Assembly (NCBI RefSeq): GCF_037042905.1
Contig: NC_087248.1
Coordinates: 18,476,001-18,540,000 of the forward strand
DNA length: 64,000 nucleotides
Direction of reading: 5' to 3'
DNA from: Lytechinus pictus
Lineage: Eukaryota
The notes beneath the pieces are model-generated. The model was not told where the DNA came from. It searched no databases and worked only from the letters and a program-made list of their open reading frames with translations. The position numbers and the translations under genes were made by a program. Shown here one piece after another: positions 12,494 through 24,400 of the stretch; the stretch's first letter is position 1, and each line of letters opens with the position of its first letter.

Positions 12494-15400
12494 TTGGCAC
12501 TAATTGCAAATAATTACGATTACTGAATTCACTAAACTTTTTAGTAAATTCTAGTAAGATATCACTGTTGTTTTACTGTATATCGATTGTTACTTTTGTA
12601 GATCAAAGGAAGTTTTTTTCCTCTCTTTTCTTTCTTTTTAGATTCCTGCAGATGCTTGGAAGCTCTACACCAATACTGCATGTACGGACACAGAGGGCAC
12701 CCTCCTCTTTCCAAGCCTTAACGTCTTGATGCTCTCAAATAACTTGCTGAGTGAGATCCCAGCCGATGTACAGTACTTGACCAAGCTTAGTAGTTTCAAG
12801 GTTAGACTGCCCTCTATCAATATTGAGGATCTGGCTCTAGATCCCCACTCATTTAGCTTCAGCTACAACTCTGTCAGCGCTGTCCTCTTTCAATATTAAT
12901 CATCTGGAATTTGCAAGTGTAAACAATATTTAGATCTATGTCTTAATTCTAACCCCATACCTTTTATGAAATATAGAAATTGAAACAGTTTTCTGAGTAT
13001 TTAAACCTCATTCAGTTTCACAATATTCTTTTTAAATGACCAGAAGTTTTTGTTCTCTGCAACATGTTGTTGAAAATTTTATTCCATCTAGTTAGAAATT
13101 GACTTGATGGGGTGCTGTGAGCCAGTGGAATAGTCTCAAGACTTTGAAACAGAGGGCTGTAATTTCCATCAGCAAGAAATTCATCAACATTGTGTTTCAT
13201 TCGACCTAGGGGAGGTGAATGGGTACCTGGTAAGATTAATTTCTTATGCACTGAGCACCGCTGGTAAAGTTAGCTCAAGCTAAATCCAGGATAAAAAATA
13301 GTTGCGCTTTGTATCCTCTGGCAAAAAAGGCACTCTACAAATTAAGCTTTTATTATTATTTTTATTATTATTATATCGGTCCTTCAACGCTTAGGTGGAT
13401 GGTAATGTGAACATCACTACCCTACCACCAGAGATGGGAAGACTCAAATGCCTTTATGACTTCAATGCAGACGGTTGCCAACTTGTGGAGCCTCTCTCTT
13501 CCATGATCAAGACGTCGCTCGTCAAAGATGTGCTAGGGTACCTACGCTCCATTCTCGATGAGTAAGTTCCACTTTACCTATGGCTGCACGATATGGTGAT
13601 GATGAAATCAAAATACTGAGACATTTAAACTTTGGTGAATTGAGAATGCTGGATCCATGGTACATGTATATCACCTGGCACGATATTGAAATAAATGTGC
13701 CATGAAGTGACATTACAAAAGTCTCTTGTTTTTTTTTAATACACTCTCCATCCGTATTACATACATGTAGTGCCTTACATTGCACTGAAGGTGGAGGACA
13801 CTGCCTTGGGCATACACCGGGGATTCCCCTTAACTTCATACGAATAGTTTAGTGGGTTCTTAACATGCAAAGGTCGTGACTCCTCAGCACGGGTCCTCCA
13901 TTTAACGCCCTATCCGAGGGACAGAGTGTTTTCTACTGTATTATAGCCTGCATCTATGGAACAGGGGAGGGACACATTTATACACAATGCAGGCTTCAGG
14001 TTACACGAGCTTAACTAGAACTGGCAGGCCAAAGATATTCATTCGAGCCAACCCATTCTCAATTTTTTAATTTGATATTGCTGATTGACAAAAATGAATG
14101 AATATGATTAACAATCTAACACTGATTCTAGGAAGGGTACCTACTGAACTTCCTTTTTCCAAATTGGAAATATATATCACTACTTTAGAACTATTTTTTT
14201 ACTGGCGGAAGAATGAGGGTCATTTTACTCACTCAAGTGATGAATTTGATCCTGTCGGTGTAGTCTTCATAAATGCTGATTCATTTTTAAAATGAGCCGG
14301 TCGAGGTACCCTTTTCTGGTCAGATGTGGAATGTCAGACATATATCCTGTCCACTGGTAGAAAACATTCAACCCTCAAATTTCCTCCTTATTTTTTATGA
14401 ATTTTTTTAAGTGCCACTTTAACACACGAGTCTATGGGAAATGAATTAGGCCTGTGAAACCTTCAGTAATCCGTATGGTACTGGATATTTCACAAATTCT
14501 GTAGATCAATTGTGATTTGTAACCTACATGTAGTCGTTGGCGTTGTAATCATTCTTAACCTTTACACACGTAAAATTAGAGCCTGGGCCTATTACACAAC
14601 ATTGCTGTATATCATCGTATCATGAAGTTATACATGTACATGTATGATATATTATTGTGAATGATTTTTTTTAATGGAATGTTATGCAGTGTAGTGTAAA
14701 TGTAATATGCTGGCTAACCTGAATGGTTGCTGGTCCTATGTTGCACATGATTGTTAAAAAGACATGATATAACAATTTTTTGTTTCATAGTGCAAAGCCA
14801 TACACCCGTATGAAACTGATGTTTGTGGGGAAAGCTGGCATCGGAAAGACAACTCTGCTGAATGAACTGCGCAGGGATGGAGTGGGTGCTTATATTGCAC
14901 AGTCACTCGGGGTAAGTCAGATATTCATATTTAAGCCCGGCGCACACTATGCGATTTGTTGCAATCGGAATTTCGAAGAAATAGTAATTACATTTGATAT
15001 GAACATTCCAACCAGTTAAACCTTAGCGGTCAGAGTTCAGAATAGTAGTACAGTGGGACTACTGAAATCGAAATTCAGTCTAGTTTGAGCTTCCTTGTAG
15101 GAATAAGAGCAAATTCAAATCCAAATCGTAATGACATCATCATCAGCTGCGATTTGAACCTGATTTTGGACTTTGCACCATCGGCAAAGGCAAATTGCCG
15201 CATAGGCAAAATTGTGATTTTATTATCCCAAACTTCAAATGAAATAATTTTACTTTTTGGAACTTTAACATGTGATGCAAAATGCGATTTATTAAAAAAG
15301 TGTGTCGCATCAGATCTATTTGGGGTCTTCAAACCAATCATATATCTTGCAATTCATTGCAAATAGATTGTCCATCTTCTTCTTGCAACACAGAATGTAA

Positions 15401-18400
15401 ACCGTTTTGCTTCAGCTATAATTGAACGTTTTTAATCACTTTCATGTATTTCAACCAATTCTCTTTCATTTTTTGATGTCCTTAGACCTTTGGGGAGAGA
15501 CAAGGTAACAGCCACATTGGTGGTAAAACCCTGAAGGGGACACACCTGTCTACGGTCGGAGTGGACGTCTGCGAGTGGACCTACAACAAGAAGAAAGGCA
15601 AACACGGCAAGGTCACGTTCAGCACCTGGGATTTCGGAGGACAGGTGAGATGATCAATAAGGGAGATGGAAAGAGGGCGGTAGATAAGGGATATTTTATT
15701 GGTGACATTTCAAAAATATTTCACAAATCATTATGAATAGAAAAAGTGTATTATCTACAAATGACATACTAAAGGCACCTTTTCAGAAATCTGTTCCCCA
15801 TCGAAGCAGGTAATACATCTTATCATAGGCTTTCCCGCATTCCCTGTTTTTCATCTATGGGGAAAGAAATGGGGTTAATGTGCCTTTGCTCATGCAGGGC
15901 CGACCCTGTGCCTGTATAGTGGTGCTTTTTGACAGACAACCCATCTATGTATTGGTTAATGTGCCTTTGCTCATGCAGGGCCGACCCTGTGCACAGGGCC
16001 GACCCTGTGGAATTCTATTCCACAGGGTTTGAAAACCCAGACATCTGCAACCACCTTCAAGGGCACTCTGAAGACGTACGTACCTGTATAGTGGTGCTTT
16101 TTGACAGACAACCCATCTATGTATTGAACGCTATGCTTGCATAGTTCAAATTTGCTATGTACTTTTTTTTTCTCGCTTTCTGTAATTTGCTCTGAAGCGC
16201 CTTGCGCATCTGATGGAAAGTGTGCTCTACAAATTTTATGTATTATTATGATGATTATCATTATTAAAGGTAAGAAATGGAAAGACAGGCTATTTGCAAG
16301 TTCCCTGCTGGACAGGCATGGCTCAAACTTTTCACAAGGTGCCCATTACAATTCACATAGCACAATTTAAAAATTTGCAAACACATTGAACAATGCAAAT
16401 TGGCTTAATTGTGACATTATGATGCATGATTTTTTTTTTTTTTTTTATAATTTGGGAATTAATTTTCTTTTTCCTGATCCAATTTATCTATCTCCTTATT
16501 TTTTTTCAGCAAGAGTTCTACGCAACACACCAGTATTTCCTGACGAAGCGATCCCTCTACCTCGTGGTCTTCAAGATCACTGATGGGTCAAAGGTCATCA
16601 ATGAACTCCAGCAGTGGCTGGTTAACATACAGGTTGGTTCATGCACATCAATCTATCTTCATCCAATTTAATCCATTGAGTATATGCATCCCGTCCACTC
16701 AAAACCACAATAAGTCACCAGGGCTATTCTGTCAATAGGCAAAATAATATTTTGGTCTTGGAAAATTAGCTTACATGTATCCGAAAGAGAATTCTTTTTG
16801 AATACTGCGAAAATTTGAAGTTGAATATAAGAAGAGAAACAAGAGTTTATTTGACACCATTTTTTCCTGACTGCACTGTGTGCAAATCTCAAGGTTGTCA
16901 GATTTGTCCACATTCATAGATATCATATTTTAAATTTGATAATCGAGGATTTATTTTTTACAAGCCAGCTTATGAACTACTATTAGTTGCCTGGCAAGGT
17001 TCTCCGGTAGTAATAAAAATTGTCAAATTCAGAATTATCAGTTTAAAATGTTACCTTTTTTTACACCAGGCGAGGGCTCCCAACTCTCCTGTCATCATCG
17101 TAGGCACTCACTACGACGTCATCCTCCGAGACAAGAAGTATTCCAAGGAGTACTGGCCCGAGCTGAAGCGGACCATCTTCGATCGGTTCATCAACATTGC
17201 CCATCCCCAGGATGCGGGGCTCCCCCACGTGATAGCGTGCGTAGAGGTGAGCTGCGCTGCCAGCTCCAAGTCGTACAATGTCAACATGCTTCGGGATTTG
17301 CTGTACGACACGGCCTATAGTCTAACTGGTGAGTGTTGTAATTCATCGGATGTCATGAACTGTTATTATCGTTTAGAATCTATTTGTCCCACTTTGAGGT
17401 ACAAGACATTTTGCTTCCCTAGTGGCAAGATTTTCTGTTTGTGGGTTTCATGTGAAAACTTTTAAAAACCTGGTTTTTCAGGCCGGTTTTCAATTCAATT
17501 TAATTCTCAACCCCTCGTGATATGTTTCAATTTCCTTTTTTCTCCTTACTACACCTTGAACATCTTCTTATGATGGATACTGTACATTACAAATTTCCAT
17601 ATTATTGTTATTGTAACGAGTGAAACCGGAGCCTGTATTCAATTCAATACTTAGATGTAAGCAAATGTTATACTTAGTATTTTAATCAGCTAAGAGATAA
17701 ATGTATACTAAATTCTCATCATTATCAAATATTATATACCTGTTTTGAATCAAAATTCATAAGCATTGTGAAGCTGTAATGTTGTTGTCAAATAATGCAC
17801 AATTGATTCTTTGCACCAAAAGTGCTCCTTTATGATTCAAATGTCAGATGTAACAACTACTTTTACTACTGTCTGTGAAAGTATCTTAGAACTATCTGGT
17901 TTTAATTGGAATATTTTTTATTTCTTTATTATGATGTACATATTGTACATTCCAAAAACTAAGATCACTTCATTATTATCATGATTATACCTTAATTGTT
18001 TTTGTAATTTCTTGACTCTCTTGTAACATTACTTTTTTGTTGATTTTAAGTACATTTTTATGCTCTTTTGTAAAACATTTGTCAATTCAGCTTAACAAGC
18101 TGCGGTCATATGTTTTAATAAATCTTGAATCTTGAATCTTGAATAACACTTTAACAAATGTAAGAAAACTTATTCCATATTCTTGTTTTCCCACAGAGGG
18201 TCGAGAGAGGGAGCCCTTGTTGATGCAGAGGGTGCCGACATCCTATCTTGCCCTTGAGAAGGCTGTGATGCAGATCTCAGCTGACATGAGGGCTGCTAAG
18301 AGAGAACCCGTCCTGCACAGTACTGAATATAAGTACGTCAATGAATAGTTTCCTACTGCAACTGGACCTTTGGGGAATTACATCTAGTTTCAGAATTTTT

Positions 18401-21400
18401 ATTTTCAACTGTAAGAACTATAACAATATAATTAAAGTAACAAGGAAAATTATCTTTAATTTAGGAAGTAGTCAAAAGAGGAGCCCTAAAAGAAGATATT
18501 GCCCTTACACATACATGTAGCAACTGATAATAATTATGATAATAGTACAGTTCTTAATAAGTGCCTAAAACCCCAAAGTCTCTTCTATGTTTGGGCCAAC
18601 GAACGTAGAGGGCAGCAACACGGCAGTGTTGCTATCAGGAAGGTCCACTCGATACGCACGTGCAATTAAAGTGCGCGCACGATTTGGTAGGCATGCCAAA
18701 GAAATCATGAACCAACGCAATACATTCAGAGATTAATAGGAAAATAGAGGTAAACTAACAGATTATGACAAGACTAAATTCCAATAATAGAAATATGAAA
18801 ACAATTGACAAAAAGTGTACAACATTTTTAAGTTAAAAATATTACTATATTATTGTCTTATGTTTTTTAATTCTTCAGTAAACAGTATTGAATTCTGCCA
18901 TCAAATAAACCAATCTGCTAATTTCACCCCGATTTAGTCAAGCTCATTTTGTGACCGCTATTAAGCTCCGCCCCTCACTCAGTGCACTTTTTTAGTAGAT
19001 TGTAGAGTTAATTTTTTTTATTACCTCATTTTCAACATTTTTACTTGAAAGATTTTTAAAGCAAATATCACATTTAAAAATATTTGATATTCATTCCTGT
19101 ATTTTTCCTAAAATATTACGTCGTGGTACAACAATTTTATGACATTCACATATCTATATGATAACAAATATACTTGAGGTTGAACATTCTTCATCTAAAT
19201 TTCGCTGCACCACATAAATGCGCCTACACAATCCAGCGGCAGTGCCATCGCTTGAAGCTTGAGTAGCTGTAACATATACCTTCGTCTCTTGATAGTTCAC
19301 AAGTCAAGGCCCGTCAAACCAGGCTCGAGACTGGACCAGATAATTTTGGTCTGCTAATTAGGTCTCACTTTAGACTAGGACTTACCTGGGCTTGAGCTTG
19401 GCTGGTGGCCGTATTCGATCTCTGCCTGATGGGTTGCAAAAAAGTTTGGTCGGATTTGGGGATATCACATAATTATTTTATATTTTCAGACTCCGATCTA
19501 CACTGTAAGGGAAAATTAGGATTCTAACCTTGAACATTTATCGTTGCAACTGGCAGTTAGTGCCACATCAATGACAGATCAAGTCCATATCGTTCAAGTC
19601 CATATCTGGCTAAGTCGACTAGCATTGCCTTTGTGCAGTACGCGCACCGATGTGTCCCGGGAAGTTTCAGCGCGGCTTTGCCAGAAGCTCAAGGTATTGG
19701 TTCCAGTGTTGGCTGGTGTAGTTTTGGTAGGGGCAGCGAAATTAAGCAGAAAAACGGTAATCCAATGTCATCAGACTATGTATTTTATTGATGTGCAAAC
19801 TACAAGAATCATGATTACGTTTTGTCTTACGTTTTTCAAAAAATAAATGAACATTTATAAAGTAATATTCAACATTATTTTGTGGAGTTTTCAGTATCCA
19901 TAAAAAATAGTAAAATTGAACAAACGAAAAAAAATCAACTCTACAATCTACCAAACAAGTGCGCGGAGTGAGGGGCGGAGCTTAAGTGGTCACAAAATCT
20001 GAGCAGAGTGGACCTTCCTAAAAGCAACACTGATGTGTGTTGCTGCCCTCTACGTTCGTTGGTTTAGACTAAAAAGGAAATTACATCATTAAGTTGTCAA
20101 CAGGTTTAATGAAATAAAGCTTATTTCTCATTGTGAGATTGGATATTGGGAAGGTACAGGTACTATCATAGTGATTGGGAAAAGTTGATTGAAGGGTGCA
20201 AAGAACTTGTGCTTGTTGTTAGGGATCAAAAGTGCCACGACCATACTTTTATTTTTTTTTATGGGGGGTCTGGAATGCCCTGTAAAGTACGTCCTTACTA
20301 TAACATGCTAAATGTTTTATTTCATTTTTCTCATCCAGGTCTGAGGTGATGAGGATGATGGTCGAACAGTCTCAGATCTCATTCCACGATAAGGAAGAAC
20401 TCCTCCAAGCAACAAGATTCCTTCATAACAACGGTACCCTTTCGTTTCTCACTTAGCATCGCTAATCATTCAGTTCATTTTCATCTTAATTTTATTGGAA
20501 TTCAGTTATAATTACCCAACAGGATTGATCCCTTGAATGCTCAGCAGTAGAATGGCAGGTAGAGAAGAAGTCGACAAAAAAGTGCGTCTCGGAATAGATT
20601 ATTTTTAGATAGATGAGTCTGTATACATGCCTATTATTAATATTGTTGTTGATATTATTATCAAGCTCGGATCAAGGCGGGTTAAACACAGTAGTTTTGA
20701 GAGGCCAACTATTGTGCAAGAGCAATATGGTCCCTAAGAGAGAGTATTGTGTTCAACCTGGCTCAGTCCGCCACTGATTATAATAGTAATTCAANNNNNN
20801 NNNNNNNNNNNNNNNNNNNNNNNNNNNNNNNNNNNNNNNNNNNNNNNNNNNNNNNNNNNNNNNNNNNNNNNNNNNNNNNNNNNNNNNNNNNNNNNNNNNN
20901 NNNNNNNNNNNNNNNNNNNNNNNNNNNNNNNNNNNNNNNNNNNNNNNNNNNNNNNNNNNNNNNNNNNNTTCGATGCTGAACAGTTCACTCTTCCATTTAT
21001 GATGATAAACTATTGAATTGTTCTCTTACATTTTACAAAATTGAATTACCAGGTATTCTTCTTCACTACGAGGACTCAATGCTGAATGACTATTTCTTCC
21101 TGGACCCGCAGTGGTTGTGTGACACGCTGGCCAAGGTTGTGACGATTCCAGAGATTAACCCAGATGTTAAGAAAGGTACAGTATGATAGAAGAATGAGAA
21201 GGATGAAGGGTTTAGTAGGAATAATGGAGGGATCGATTTTATTTTTAGGGGCAAACGGGCCTCTAGAACTCCTTTTGGAACATTCAATTATTTGTAGCTC
21301 CATTTCTTCAGGTTTTGATTCTAAACTGACAACTTTGTTATTTTTTCTTTCATTGCTACATTTTTTTCAAAAAGTTTCTGTATCGGAAAATGATTAGAAA

Positions 21401-24400
21401 GATTAATAGAGAATGTCTTTCCAAGTTGAAATTCTATAAATTTGCATGTTTCGCTGTAATTATGCTGCATTATTATATCGTGCTTAAGTGGACGCTTTGT
21501 ATTAGCAAGTGTAATTATTGATATTATTCTATGTGCATCTTCTTTCTGTGAAGGCTGAACTTAAAGGTGATTTCTGAGGATGAGAAAAAAAAGTAAATGA
21601 AGCCTTGAAAGATATGATCAAGTTTACCTCCACATAAGAAACTTCCCTAATAGCTTGATTGTAAGGCTCACATCTTTTCCTCCCTTCTTTTTTGATCTAT
21701 CGTGCAGGTGTGATGCTCGTCAAAGATCTGCATCGGAAGTTTGAGGATTCCAGCGTGAAGGAATTCATAATCAGCCTCCTCAACAAGTTTGAGGTGGCTG
21801 TGACCTATGACCCCAAGCACCTCTTGATCCCGTCTCGTTTACCCCAGGAGGGCGTGGATACCACCATTATACCGGTCTTTAGGAGCAGGAGTGACTCCAC
21901 TAGGGTAAGGGTTGATCATACATGTACATGTACTTTGTAGATATGCAGTGAAACCTGTATATAAGGACTACCCAAAGGGAGAAACAGGATATTGGTCATT
22001 ATACGCAAGTTGTCTGAGTGTAATAGAGTTTTTAGGGATGCATGTGTATAATTTTGATGGATTCACAATATGTTACGCCATCTATAGGCTGCAGCGAACA
22101 GGACAATTGTCTAACTTCGCGGTCGACATTGCGCACAGGCACAGGCAGCGCACACTGCTAATGTACTGTAATGTGGCTGTGGTGCGTTAAAAATGAAAAC
22201 CATGTGGCACAAATTCACAAAAAATGGTCTAAATTTTGCAAAGAAATATCAGTATGCGGGCAAATTTCTCTCCCACCTCCTGGACCCTAGTAAACAGCAT
22301 ATCCGGTCGAGCCGCGTCGGCCAGCGCTGAATAATCGCATGCATGCATACTTGCACTTTATTTTTTAGTACTAGTGTGTGCAACAGATGTCGACTTTTTC
22401 CCATGAGGCATTGCGAATTTCGGCCTGTCGCTGCAACCGATAGATGGCACACTCTATTGTGAATCCACCGAATTGTGTATGATGATTTACATCTGGAACT
22501 AACCTCTAGCATCACCAGTCAGAAGACGTGACCGGGGCTCCAACATTTATGTCAGTTTGTAACTTCACCTATGTAACTTGCATTACACACGTATGCCACA
22601 ATGCCCACCAGGGCTCCAAAATATAAAGTGATCCATTGCTATTTGCCAGTGACCAATCAAGATCATCGTTGCATGCACAGTTTGTTCAAAACATTGACCT
22701 GGAAGCAATCAGAGCTGTCCTTTATAGATGTTGTAAAAAGAAAGTTGTTCAAGAAAACTTAATCCTGTGGTCTTTATAGGTGGTCCTTCTGTACAGGTTC
22801 TGAAAATAGGCTTGACTTTATTTTCTTTAGTTTTGGGATAGGAGTAACTTAATTTTGCAAAAAGACTTTTAATAATGCAATAAGATTTCATCAGGAGAGC
22901 CAGCTAACCTTGCTGTTCCGTCAGAAGACATACTCTACCTCGGCCTGAGAGTGAGATAATGGTTTGTCCAAATTGCTATACAAGGCAAGATGTGACATTA
23001 AAAAATACTACATAAAGTTTTCAAAATATTCTTTCACTTGAATGGTATTTATGTGTAATTCCCCATGAAACTTGATACCTTGATAAGAACTATTGCTTTA
23101 GCCCAAACTACACCAGGGGTGTTCTGTCTTGTCTTTGATGCTTTTCACAATAAGTCAAACTTGCAAAAGGATTTTGCCACAATGTTGCATACTTCTTGCT
23201 ATGTACTCCCCCCTCACCTGGATCATGAAGTCCCAAGTGACTGTTGACCTTACACTTGTTCTTTGAAACTCTACATCTCTGCAGGTTTACAGGAAGACAG
23301 GAGCAAGAAGTCCATCACCGATCCAGTCCTCTCCTCCAGAAAGATGGAACAGAAAAGCAGTACGTGGTCACAGTCCGTCACCCTCCAGGATGTATTGCCG
23401 TGATGGATCACCGACAGATGTCACATCCGCTGGAGAGACATCCCCTGAGACCCTCGAACCTCCTGAGAGGAGCCAAGCCTCGATGTCCATCCCAGTCCCG
23501 ATCCGAAGAAACCTCCAGGGCAAGGCGAGAATGGCAAACTGCGCTTCGTCACCTCCTTGCGAGATGTACAGTGAAGCGTCAACGTCCACCTTGGGATTGG
23601 ACACAAGTGATACCCCTACCTTTGAACTGTTGCGGAAGTCGGCTACCATCTCCAAGAGCCCAAGCTCAGGGGATGTCAATACAGGAACTGTCAAAGGAAA
23701 GCTGGACAGGGCAGACATTGCGTTGGTGTCAAATCAGGCAAAGGATGACAAGGTGCCCAGCCCATTTGATGGGTATAAGTTCACTCCTGTGGAGAACCTT
23801 AAGACTGCTATCAGAAGACTCTATATCCTCCAGTACATTCCCAGTGGCTTTTGGTCACACCTGATCAGCAGACTTTTATCCGACCAGATGATCCCTGGTC
23901 TTATCAACTCTATGTATCTGCTCTCGGACGATGTCCGCAGGTTCTTTGAAGATACCCCTATATCAGAATTCACCAATGAGTTCCAGTGGGTGTGTTGGCA
24001 GTCTGGGATTGAATTGAAATTCATGTCAGTGACTGTGTTCCATGTGAAAGCTGTTGTCAGGGAGAAGCTATTGAGTTCTGTTTTTGAGCGGGAGAGGAGA
24101 CCAGAGTCCGTCCACGTTCTGAGCCTGACAGATGACCCTGACAACTTCCCAAGGAATGTGTCCCTTTCCCGGAGTGGCCAGTTGGAGATCCTTATCCCTA
24201 ACCAAAATCTAGAAGTAACACATAAGGTCCAGCAGAGAGACAGCAATGGAAAGAAAACTCTTGATTCAGTGAAAGTGCTTACGTCATTGGAGGCTGTTTG
24301 CCGTCTCTTGTCTACCATCATTGATCTTATTGACACCTTGATAGAGAACTTTTATCCCAACCTGTGTGAACCATTGGGGACAACGTTTGAAGGAGAACTC

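Noticed and set aside
19544-19846. 100-aa ORF inside the TIR element as a possible THAP domain or transposase
   Set aside because: No C2CH or DDE motifs on either strand.
20747-21016. ORFs spanning N runs (also 62360-62611)
   Set aside because: Gap artefacts. The flanking LRRK exons join in phase (FLHNN-GILLHY), so no exon is missing.
22983-23000. aggcaagatgt resembling the 5' end of miR-31
   Set aside because: Match ends after ~11 nt and there is no hairpin.
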